Source: Patescibacteria group bacterium (GTDB lineage Bacteria; Patescibacteriota; Patescibacteriia; Patescibacteriales; UBA12465). From it: 64,000 bases of DNA. The stretch spans positions 6,282 through 70,281 of the forward strand of contig JBAYKT010000003.1 in NCBI GenBank assembly GCA_041664445.1. Reading direction: 5' to 3'. The notes beneath the pieces are model-generated. The model worked only from the letters and a program-made list of their open reading frames with translations, did no database searches and was not told the DNA's origin. The translations under genes and the position numbers were made by a program. Shown in pieces: positions 1 to 8,156 of this stretch (the first letter of the stretch is position 1; each line of letters begins with the position of its first letter).

Positions 1-108
1 GACAAATATTTCCGATTTAAAATCACCCTCCGATTCATAGAGAGCTTTTAGATTAAGACGTAATTTTTCTTTAACTTTCCAAGAGACAATAATAATCGAC
101 AAATCCAT
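1..108 (-). CDS. Glycosyltransferase family 2, N-terminal fragment (gene continues beyond window start)
   Basis: Minus-strand ATG at 106-108. Translation MDLSIIIVSWKVKEKLRLNLKALYESEGDFKSEIFV runs off the window. The LSIIIVSW opening is the typical GT2 first beta-strand. Too short for the ORF track. Confidence 0.45.
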   Translation of the reverse strand, partial: MDLSIIIVSWKVKEKLRLNLKALYESEGDFKSEIFV

Positions 109-114
109 AATAAA

Positions 115-381
115 TTAGCGGCCAACCTTAATCACTTTCAAGCGATCAAGAGCGCCACTGATTATTTCTACCTGATAACGCCGAACGCCAAGTTCGTCGG
201 CTAAGTACTTAATTAGGGCCTTATTAGCCTTATTATCTTCGGCGGGGGCGTTTATTCCAATTTTAATAGTGCCATCAGTCATTATCCCCTTTATTTCATT
301 ACGAGGAGAAAGCGGAAAAACCTTAACTTTAAGAAGAAGTTCTTTATTATTAGCCAAATTTTCTTTAAATTTACTTAACAT
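115..381 (-). CDS. DUF167/YggU-family small protein
   Basis: ORF 115..396. The C-terminal APAEDNKANKALIKYLADELGV...ISGALDRLKVIKV fits the YggU pattern (GKAN...G..SR.K). I prefer the internal ATG at 381 (MLSKF); the ORF-track start at 396 is also possible. Confidence 0.6.
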   Translation of the reverse strand: MLSKFKENLANNKELLLKVKVFPLSPRNEIKGIMTDGTIKIGINAPAEDNKANKALIKYLADELGVRRYQVEIISGALDRLKVIKVGR

Positions 382-572
382 AAGGGCAAAAGGCAAATTA
401 TTATAAGTTCAAGCATTCTTCTAATATCATTCTATCCCCTTTTGGAGCTTTTTAAAAGGCCTTAAGGACACAAAACCGACTTCTGTCAAGATTTATTTTA
501 TTGTAATAATATATTAAAATGAGTATAGAAAGAAGCTTTAGTTTTTTAATTATCTTAATAAATATTTTAAAT

Positions 573-1088
573 ATGAACGAAGAAAAATTAACTGCCAAAA
601 ACGACGATGTGCAGGAACCTTATAAGCGTCCTTCTTGGGATGAATACTTCATGAAAATTGTAGAAATGGTCGCTAGTCGCGGTTCTTGCGATCGGGGACG
701 TACCGGTTGTGTAATTACTCGTAACCGACGTATCGTATCCACTGGTTATGTCGGCGCTCCTGTGGGTCTGCCTCACTGCGACGAAGTCGGTCATGAAATG
801 CACACGGTGACTCACGAAGATGGCAGCCAAACCCAACATTGCATTCGCACGGCTCACGCCGAGCAAAATGCGATTTGTGAAGCGGCGCGCATGGGAATCG
901 CGCTTGAAGGCGGAACTCTTTATTGCCGCATGTCTCCCTGCTATACCTGCGCGAAAATGATTATTAACGCCGGTATCAAACGCGTGGTCTGCGCCATTGA
1001 CTATCAAGCCGGTGCCCGCAGTCGAGAAATTTTTAAAGAAGCGGGAGTAGAGTATGTACTTTTATCAAATGATGTGGCAAAATATTAA
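573..1088 (+). CDS. comEB: dCMP deaminase (ComEB type)
   Basis: HAEQNAI (HxE) and PCYTCAKMIINAGIKRVV (PCxxC) zinc and catalytic motifs. Start moved to ATG 573 (MNEEKL) from ORF-track 519. Visibly more GC-rich than its neighbours. Confidence 0.85.
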   Translation: MNEEKLTAKNDDVQEPYKRPSWDEYFMKIVEMVASRGSCDRGRTGCVITRNRRIVSTGYVGAPVGLPHCDEVGHEMHTVTHEDGSQTQHCIRTAHAEQNAICEAARMGIALEGGTLYCRMSPCYTCAKMIINAGIKRVVCAIDYQAGARSREIFKEAGVEYVLLSNDVAKY

Positions 1089-1107
1089 GTTAAGTAAATT
1101 TTAAACT

Positions 1108-2397
1108 ATGTCCAATATTTTTATCTACGATGAGTTCAGTCCCGAAGACGTCGCCATGATGCAGGCTCTTTACTCGCGCAGTCCGAAAAGCGTAACGGAG
1201 CATGTGGAAAAAGTAAAACAAAGCGGTTCCGGCAAATTTATGGCCACTTTCTATGTCGGCTACGGACACGCCAGTATTGCCGACTGCGGCAGTACTACTA
1301 TTTTTATTGAAGACATAAGTATAATTGGCGACAAGGCTATTCAAGATTGGCAACTTTATAGCGGACAAGAAACCAGCACTAGATATATAGATATGGGTAG
1401 TCGAGCAATTATTGACCCAATTGCAAATGCGGAATCTAAAGAAATTTTAGATAATTGGATGAAATTCTATAATGATAACCAGGAACGGATTCAAGCATAT
1501 CTCATGACCAAGTATCCGCGCCGCGAAGATGAAAATGAATTAGTTTATAGTAAAGCTATTAAAGCCCGCGGCTTTGATATTATGCGCGGATTTTTACCGG
1601 CTGGCATAACAACCCAATTAAGCTGGCATACTAATCTGCGCCAAGCTTGGGATCACTTAGCTCTGCTCCGCCACCATCCGCTAGCCGAGGTAAGAGATAG
1701 TGCCAATACAATTTTGCAAAAATTGAAAGAAAAATATGAACACAGCTTTTCTCACCAGCCAACTGAGGAACAGGAAACTTATCGAGAAGCTTGTGTTAAC
1801 CAATATGCTTATTTTAAACCCGACCAAGCAATTGATTTCTCCTGCTCTAGCGATATCAAACTTGAAAATTTAGCGGCTTATCAAGAAATTCTAGATAATC
1901 GACCACCAAAAACTGGTTTACCAATATTTTTAGGAGATTTAGGGCTCTGTAATTTTAAGTTTATTTTGGATTTTGGGTCTTTCCGCGACATCCAACGCCA
2001 TCGTAGTGGAATTTGCCGCATGCCCCTGCTTACCACTGATTTAGGCTTTGCTAACTGGTACTTAGAACAGTTGCCGGAAGATATGCGTGCCGAAGCAATT
2101 GAATTAATCGCCGTTCAAAAATCTAAAATTGATGTCCTGAGTTCAAGCCCGGAAATAAAACAATATTATATCGCCATGGGTTTTAATGTCGATTGTGCCT
2201 TCAGTTTTCCGCTACCCGCCGCTGTTTATGTAACCGAGTTAAGATCAAATAAAACCGTTCACCCCTCTTTACGCAGCGTCGCTCATAAAATGTATGCGGC
2301 TTTAAGCGAAAAGTTTCCCAATCTCAAACTTTACGCTGATTTGGATCTTGACGATTGGGATGTGCGCCGTGGTTTAGCAGATATTACCGCCAAATAA
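1108..2397 (+). CDS. thyX: Double-length (tandem) ThyX-like flavin-dependent thymidylate synthase
   Basis: 429 aa. The N-terminal half has YSRS, GHASIADC and ...SGQETSTRY. The C-terminal half has FRDIQRHRSG (the RHR of the ThyX motif). Both halves carry a ThyX-like LR....A..EVR helix. Sits between dCMP deaminase and tmk/dut. Confidence 0.6.
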   Translation: MSNIFIYDEFSPEDVAMMQALYSRSPKSVTEHVEKVKQSGSGKFMATFYVGYGHASIADCGSTTIFIEDISIIGDKAIQDWQLYSGQETSTRYIDMGSRAIIDPIANAESKEILDNWMKFYNDNQERIQAYLMTKYPRREDENELVYSKAIKARGFDIMRGFLPAGITTQLSWHTNLRQAWDHLALLRHHPLAEVRDSANTILQKLKEKYEHSFSHQPTEEQETYREACVNQYAYFKPDQAIDFSCSSDIKLENLAAYQEILDNRPPKTGLPIFLGDLGLCNFKFILDFGSFRDIQRHRSGICRMPLLTTDLGFANWYLEQLPEDMRAEAIELIAVQKSKIDVLSSSPEIKQYYIAMGFNVDCAFSFPLPAAVYVTELRSNKTVHPSLRSVAHKMYAALSEKFPNLKLYADLDLDDWDVRRGLADITAK

Positions 2398-2399
2398 TT

Positions 2400-2954
2400 A
2401 TGTCCAAGATTATCATTGGCCTAGTCGGCCCGGTTGCCAGCGGCAAAGACGTTAGCAAAAAATATATTGAAGAGCATCACGGTGCTTCCAGTTATAAATT
2501 TTCCACAGTTCTGCGAGATATTCTAAATCGCTTGTACTTACCAATTACCAGAGAGAACATGCAAGACTTATCTTTAGATTTGCGAAATCGTTTTGGCAGC
2601 GATATTCTCGCTAAAGTTATCACCGCGGATGCCAAAAGCGATAAAGGTGAAATTGTAATTGTTGATGGCGTTAGGCGCATGGATGATATTATCCATTTAA
2701 GCAATCTGCCGGAATTTAAATTAATCAGCGTGGAGGCAGATATCAACCTACGTTATGACAGAATGAAACTTCGCAATGAAAACGAAGGGGACGCGAATAA
2801 AACTTTCGCTGAGTTTGAAAATGATTGTCAAAAAGAAGCTGAACAAGAGATTCCAATTGTCGTTTCTCACGCCGCCTATCATCTGGATAACAGCGGAACT
2901 CTAGAAAATCTCTACGCCCAAATAGATAAGATAATCACGGAAATAAATAAATAA
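2400..2954 (+). CDS. P-loop nucleotide kinase-like protein (dNMP kinase / dephospho-CoA-kinase-like fold)
   Basis: Start at ATG 2400 (MSKIIIGLVGPVASGKDV, Walker A), 2 nt after the thyX stop. About 185 aa, typical of small NMP kinases. Substrate unknown. Confidence 0.5.
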   Translation: MSKIIIGLVGPVASGKDVSKKYIEEHHGASSYKFSTVLRDILNRLYLPITRENMQDLSLDLRNRFGSDILAKVITADAKSDKGEIVIVDGVRRMDDIIHLSNLPEFKLISVEADINLRYDRMKLRNENEGDANKTFAEFENDCQKEAEQEIPIVVSHAAYHLDNSGTLENLYAQIDKIITEINK

Positions 2955-2958
2955 TCAT

Positions 2959-4284
2959 ATGGAAAACACATCCGGAAAATTTATTGTCATTGACGGCACT
3001 GACGGCAGTGGCAAAACTACTCAACTTAATCTTTTAAAAGCCAAGCTGGAAGAAGAGGGCTACGCAGTGGCCGTCGCTGATTTCCCGCAATACAACACCA
3101 AATCAGCCGGCTTAGTAGAAGAATATTTATCCGGAAAATATGGTAATGCCGATGAGGTCGACCCCTATAAGGCTTCAATTTTTTATGCAGTTGATCGTTA
3201 TGACGCCAGCCAGAAAATCAAACAATGGTTAAACGAGGGTAAAATAGTACTGGCTAATCGCTACACCAGCGCCAGCTTAGGACATCAAGGATGTAAAATT
3301 GACAACCCTTTAGAAAGAAAGGTTTTCTTTAATTGGCTCTATGATTTAGAATATAAAATTTTTGAAATTCCTAAACCTGATTTGACCTTAATTTTGCAAG
3401 TAGAACCGGAGATTTCTTTTCAACTGGCACACGAAAGGGCGCGTGAAGACTGGATTGGAAAAACACATGACATTCATGAAAATGATTTTGAGCACTTAAA
3501 AAAAGCGGAACAAGTTTATGTGGAAATTGCCAATACTCTACCGGGATTTAGGCTAATAAAATGCACTCATAACAATCAAATATTGAGCCGCGAGTCTATT
3601 CATTTTTTAGTTTGGCTAGCAGCTAACCAATTAGTTGTTCATCAAGCTAAGGCCAAGCCCGGATTTGAATCAATCTCTAGTTTAATCGGCGCCAGCGAAC
3701 AAATTCTAAAAAACCGCGATTTACTTTTCAACAACAATAATAATCAAATAAATAAAATCCCGGAGGCACCAAAACCAAGCAACGACTTCCCTAATTTTAT
3801 CCCCTCAGTTCCAGAGCTTCCTGAAAATAAAGAATTATCTTTACCAAAACCAGAAAAAGTAATGCGCATTACCGTTGAACGAGTTTCCGCGGAAGCCAAG
3901 GTTCCTCAATTAGCTCACCCGGGTGATGCCGGATTTGATTTATATGCCGCCGATTACTATTCCATTACCGCCTACGGCCAAGCCTTAGTCGCTACCGGAA
4001 TCAAGATGGCAATTCCCGACGGTTATGTTGGTTTAGTGTGGGATAAAAGCGGCTTGGCCAATGAAGGAATCACCACTATGGGCGGCGTAATCGACTCTAA
4101 CTATCGCGGCGAAATAAAAGTAATTATTAAAAATTTAAGCGAGGATATTTTTAACATCGTCCCCGGACAAAAAATCGCTCAAATTCTTATTCAAGAAATT
4201 AAAACCCCGGTCATTGAAGACGGCGTAATCGCTAATGACACCAGCCGACAAGCAAATGGTTTCGGCTCTTCCGGAAAATTTTAA
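2959..4284 (+). CDS. tmk: Thymidylate kinase - dUTPase fusion protein
   Basis: N-terminus: FIVIDGTDGSGKTTQ P-loop and the DRY motif of Tmk. A low-complexity Asn/Pro linker follows (NNNNNQINKIPEAPKPSNDFPNFIPSVPELPENKELSLPKPEK). C-terminus has all five dUTPase motifs (AGFDLYA, PDG, GVIDSNYRGEIKVI, GQKIAQILI, RQANGFGSSG). One uninterrupted frame. Confidence 0.85.
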   Translation: MENTSGKFIVIDGTDGSGKTTQLNLLKAKLEEEGYAVAVADFPQYNTKSAGLVEEYLSGKYGNADEVDPYKASIFYAVDRYDASQKIKQWLNEGKIVLANRYTSASLGHQGCKIDNPLERKVFFNWLYDLEYKIFEIPKPDLTLILQVEPEISFQLAHERAREDWIGKTHDIHENDFEHLKKAEQVYVEIANTLPGFRLIKCTHNNQILSRESIHFLVWLAANQLVVHQAKAKPGFESISSLIGASEQILKNRDLLFNNNNNQINKIPEAPKPSNDFPNFIPSVPELPENKELSLPKPEKVMRITVERVSAEAKVPQLAHPGDAGFDLYAADYYSITAYGQALVATGIKMAIPDGYVGLVWDKSGLANEGITTMGGVIDSNYRGEIKVIIKNLSEDIFNIVPGQKIAQILIQEIKTPVIEDGVIANDTSRQANGFGSSGKF

Positions 4285-4303
4285 TTAATCAAATTTTAAA
4301 TAT

Positions 4304-5809
4304 ATGGCCTATCAAGCGATTATCGGCTTGGAAATACATGCGGAGCTAAAAACTAAAAGCAAAATGTTTTGCGCTTGCGATAACGACGCCAGCGATAAAA
4401 AAGCCAACACTAATGTTTGTCCAATTTGTTTAGCCCATCCCGGCACCCTGCCTGTCCCCAATAAAAAAGCAATCGAGTCCGTAATTTCCGCCGGCTTGGC
4501 ACTAAATTGCCAAATTAATCGTTTATCAAAATTTGATCGTAAAAATTATTTTTATCCTGATTTACCAAAGGGCTATCAAATATCACAATACGATTTACCG
4601 CTCGCTTACGGCGGCTATTTGGACATAGATGACAAAAAAATCTTAATCACCAGAATCCATCTAGAAGAGGACACGGGAAAATCATTTCATCCACAAGGAG
4701 AGGATCACACCTTAATTGATTTTAACCGGGCAGGAACGCCACTGATGGAATTAGTTACCGAACCGGTAATCGAGGATGCCGCCCAAGCCAAAAAATTCTG
4801 CCAAAAATATCAGCAAATTCTCCGCTATCTAGAAATCAGCAACGCCGACATGGAACACGGTGAAATGCGCTGTGAAGCTAATGTCAGCGTCCAAAAAGTT
4901 GGCGGGTTTAAATATGAGGATGGCTTAATAAAACCCCTGGGCAGACATAAGTTAAATAACAAAGTCGAAGTCAAAAATATCAACTCTTTCCGCGCTGTTG
5001 AAAAAGCGATTAATTTTGAAATTAAGCGCCAAACCGAACTCCTGGAAAAGGACGAAGAGATTATTGCTGAAACCCGCGGCTGGGATGACAAAAAGAATGC
5101 GACTGTTAGCCAGCGTGTCAAAGAAAGCTCGGCTGATTATCGTTATTTTCCAGAGCCAGACATCCCTCCTTTAGAAATAGACGGCCAGTGGCTCGCCGAT
5201 ATTCAAGCTAGTCTACCAGAATTACCGGAAGAGAAAATGCAGCGTTTTGAACGAGAATACGGACTAAACCCTGAAATCGTGGAAATCTTAATCAGCGACA
5301 AAGATTTAGCAAATTGGAGCGAACAAGTTATTTCCGAACTTGATGCTTGGATAGACGCCAATGGCGACGAGTCTGAGCGCCAAGATAAAAAGTTAGCCAA
5401 AATAGCCGGCAATTGGATTACCGGCGAATTAATGAAACACTTTAAAATAAACAACGAAACTGTTAGTCAATTAAAAATAAGCGCGGAAAATTTCGCGGAA
5501 TTAGTTTCTTTAATTTATCAAGAAAAAATAAATTCTTCGGCCGGCCAAACAATTTTGGAATTTATGTATAACCAAGGCGGCGACCCCACTGACATTATGG
5601 CTAAGATGGGCTTAGAGCAAATGGATGACGAGGCCGCTCTTGAAAAAACAATTCTAAAAATAATTGCCGAGAATAAAGAACAGTCCGACCAATACAAAAA
5701 AGGAAAAACGAATGTCATTCAATTCCTGCTCGGAAAAGTAATGGCTGATACCGGCGGCAAAGCTAACCCCAAAATTGCTCGAGAGCTTTTGGAAAAAAAT
5801 CTTAAATAG
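4304..5809 (+). CDS. gatB: Asp/Glu-tRNA amidotransferase subunit B
   Basis: IIGLEIHAELKTKSKMFCAC...CPICLAHPGTLP, FDRKNYFYPDLPKGYQISQ, HLEEDTGK, and a C-terminal YqeY-like tail. Full length, 501 aa. Confidence 0.95.
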   Translation: MAYQAIIGLEIHAELKTKSKMFCACDNDASDKKANTNVCPICLAHPGTLPVPNKKAIESVISAGLALNCQINRLSKFDRKNYFYPDLPKGYQISQYDLPLAYGGYLDIDDKKILITRIHLEEDTGKSFHPQGEDHTLIDFNRAGTPLMELVTEPVIEDAAQAKKFCQKYQQILRYLEISNADMEHGEMRCEANVSVQKVGGFKYEDGLIKPLGRHKLNNKVEVKNINSFRAVEKAINFEIKRQTELLEKDEEIIAETRGWDDKKNATVSQRVKESSADYRYFPEPDIPPLEIDGQWLADIQASLPELPEEKMQRFEREYGLNPEIVEILISDKDLANWSEQVISELDAWIDANGDESERQDKKLAKIAGNWITGELMKHFKINNETVSQLKISAENFAELVSLIYQEKINSSAGQTILEFMYNQGGDPTDIMAKMGLEQMDDEAALEKTILKIIAENKEQSDQYKKGKTNVIQFLLGKVMADTGGKANPKIARELLEKNLK

Positions 5810-5825
5810 TTTATAAGCAGCCTAA

Positions 5826-5856
5826 TAAAAAATCTCGGATACTCCGAGATTTTTTG
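5826..5856. terminator. Bidirectional rho-independent terminator (gatB / miaA convergent)
   Basis: aaaaa-ATCTCGG-atact-CCGAGAT-ttttt. Perfect 7-bp stem flanked by an A-run and a T-run. Confidence 0.8.
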
Positions 5857-5872
5857 TATCTAAGGCAATAAA

Positions 5873-6838
5873 TTATTTTAGAAATTTAATTATTTTTTTA
5901 GTAGCCGTTTTTTCATCCTTAAGCCATTCAATCTGCCGGCCCTGTTTTTCCCAGCGTCGAAACCAGGTCTTTTGTTTCTTGGCAAAACGATAAATCGCTG
6001 TCAACAACTGATCGCGCATTTCAGCGCGGCTTATTTTCCCTTGTAAAAAATAACTAATAAACTTATATTCTAAGCCGAAGGAAATTAAACGCTTATAAGA
6101 AACTCCTTCCTGATGCAAACGCTCCACTTCGGCAACCATATTTTCTTTTTCTAATCTAATATCCAAGCGCTTCTCAATTTTTGCGCGCATCAAAACATCG
6201 TCGACGTCTATTCCGAGAACTAAAAATTTAAAGGGCGAAGCGTTTCTTTTTGATTCAGCGGTTTCCGGAGCCTCAATAATTTCCAAATAGCGCGCTAAGC
6301 GGCGCGCATTATTTTTATCGCTATTATTTATCTTAGCGGCAAAATCAGGCTTTAAGGTTTGTATTTTTTTAAACAAAAAATCAGCCCCCCGCTTTTCCAT
6401 GGCGTCTCTTTTCTTAGTATCTGGCTTAACGGCAGATAAATGATAATTATCAATTACGGCTTGCAGATATAAACCCGTGCCACCAATAATAATCGGCAAA
6501 CGGCCACGGCGCGAAACTTCAGCGATTGCTTTAACGGCCAACTTTTGATAACGTGCCAAATTAAATTTGGTATTAGGACTAATAATGTCTATTAAATGAT
6601 AAGGAATTTTCTGACGACCAACTTTATATTCGGCTAAATCTTTGCCAGTACCAATATCCATGCCGCGATAAACCTGGCGGCTGTCAGCGCTAATAATTTC
6701 GCCGGCCAAAGCGGCTGCCAATTTAACACCTAAAGCTGTTTTACCGCTGCCGGTCGGACCCAAAATAACGACCACCTTCGGCGCAGATAAACTTTTTTTA
6801 GCAATTATTATTTTATCGTTTATTTTTTTAAGAGCCAT
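5873..6838 (-). CDS. miaA: tRNA dimethylallyltransferase
   Basis: P-loop GPTGSGKT, SADSRQVYRGMDIGTGK, IIGGTGLY. Confidence 0.9.
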   Translation of the reverse strand: MALKKINDKIIIAKKSLSAPKVVVILGPTGSGKTALGVKLAAALAGEIISADSRQVYRGMDIGTGKDLAEYKVGRQKIPYHLIDIISPNTKFNLARYQKLAVKAIAEVSRRGRLPIIIGGTGLYLQAVIDNYHLSAVKPDTKKRDAMEKRGADFLFKKIQTLKPDFAAKINNSDKNNARRLARYLEIIEAPETAESKRNASPFKFLVLGIDVDDVLMRAKIEKRLDIRLEKENMVAEVERLHQEGVSYKRLISFGLEYKFISYFLQGKISRAEMRDQLLTAIYRFAKKQKTWFRRWEKQGRQIEWLKDEKTATKKIIKFLK

Positions 6839-6850
6839 ATAGGCGATAAT

Positions 6851-8155
6851 TTATTTAAGCAGCGTTCCTTCCAAACCGAATTTACCAATACTTTCAATCT
6901 TAACAGTCACAAAGGAACCAACCAGAGATTTTTTTATTTTGCCGAGGGGATTAACCAAGGTCATCTTATAAGTTCCGGTCTTGCCGTAATATTTATTTTT
7001 TTTATTTATACCTTCCAATAAAACAATTTCTTCTCGGCCAATATAAGTGGCGTTATTATCATAAACTCCTTTTTTCAAAATTGCTTCCAATTCAAATTCT
7101 CGACGCTGCTTTTCCGCGGCACTAACGCTGTCCTTTAAATTATAAGAAACAGTTCCCGGCCGCGGACTATAACGGGAAATATAGACTAAATCAAACTTTA
7201 TTTTTTTAAATAGCTTAACAGTGTTTAAAAATTGAGCTCTCGTTTCTCCCGGGAAACCGACAATTACATCAGTGGTAACCGCTATGCCAGGCCTAGCCTT
7301 TTTAATTTTAGCCACCAAATCAATAAAATGCGCGACCGTATATTTTCTATTCATCGCTGCCAAAATTTTATCATCCCCCGACTGTACGGCTAAATGAAGA
7401 TGGGGGCAAATCTTAGAATAAGCGCCAATAATTCCAATTAACTCCGGGCTAACATCTTTGGGGTGGCTGGAAGAAAATCTAATCCAAAAATCTCCAGAAA
7501 TTTTAGCAATTTTTTCCAATAACTCCGGAAAAGTAACTAACTTATCATGATAACTATTAACATTTTGCGCTATCAGCGTAATTTCTTTATATCCGGCCTT
7601 AACTAAAACTTTTATTTCTTTAATTATTTCGGTAGTTGGACGATAAACTTCCCGTCCCCGCGCATAAGGCACAACGCAATAAGAACAAAAATTATTACAA
7701 CCGTTACCAATCGGCACATAAGCGCTAAATTTACTCTGATACTTAGGAATGATTGATAAATATTTCTCGCCCTGCAAAATTCTTACCTCATCTAAACTTA
7801 ATTTGGTTTTAATCTGACGTTTTTCTAATAAATTGAAGATATTGGGAATTTCATTAATCGGCATAAACAAGTCCACGCGGTCTTCCAGGCGTTTCATGAC
7901 ATCCGGACGCTTGCTCAAGCAGCCGGTAACAACAATTTTGACTTGGGGATTATATTTTTTAATTTGGTTAACTAAACCATAAAGACGATCTTCAGCTGAT
8001 TGTCTAATGCTGCAAGTGTTAATAACCACCAAGGCGACGCTTTTAAAATCTTGGCCCGGAACCCAATTTTGGGACTCCAAAAAAGCCGCTAAGCGTTCGC
8101 TATCGGCTTTATTCATCTGGCAACCGATGGTAATAATAAAATATTTATTCTTCAT
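6851..8155 (-). CDS. miaB: tRNA-i6A37 methylthiotransferase (radical SAM MTTase)
   Basis: N-terminal UPF0004 cysteines (GCQMN, NTCSIR, TGCL), radical-SAM CNNFCSYCVVP, C-terminal TRAM. Directly upstream of miaA in the same operon. Confidence 0.8.
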   Translation of the reverse strand: MKNKYFIITIGCQMNKADSERLAAFLESQNWVPGQDFKSVALVVINTCSIRQSAEDRLYGLVNQIKKYNPQVKIVVTGCLSKRPDVMKRLEDRVDLFMPINEIPNIFNLLEKRQIKTKLSLDEVRILQGEKYLSIIPKYQSKFSAYVPIGNGCNNFCSYCVVPYARGREVYRPTTEIIKEIKVLVKAGYKEITLIAQNVNSYHDKLVTFPELLEKIAKISGDFWIRFSSSHPKDVSPELIGIIGAYSKICPHLHLAVQSGDDKILAAMNRKYTVAHFIDLVAKIKKARPGIAVTTDVIVGFPGETRAQFLNTVKLFKKIKFDLVYISRYSPRPGTVSYNLKDSVSAAEKQRREFELEAILKKGVYDNNATYIGREEIVLLEGINKKNKYYGKTGTYKMTLVNPLGKIKKSLVGSFVTVKIESIGKFGLEGTLLK

Positions 8156-8156
8156 A

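Noticed and set aside
588-1007. 139-aa ORF antisense to comEB
   Set aside because: It lies fully inside the well-supported dCMP deaminase gene. Long stop-free antisense frames are expected in this locally GC-rich segment. The Arg/Ala/His-rich composition has no recognisable motif.
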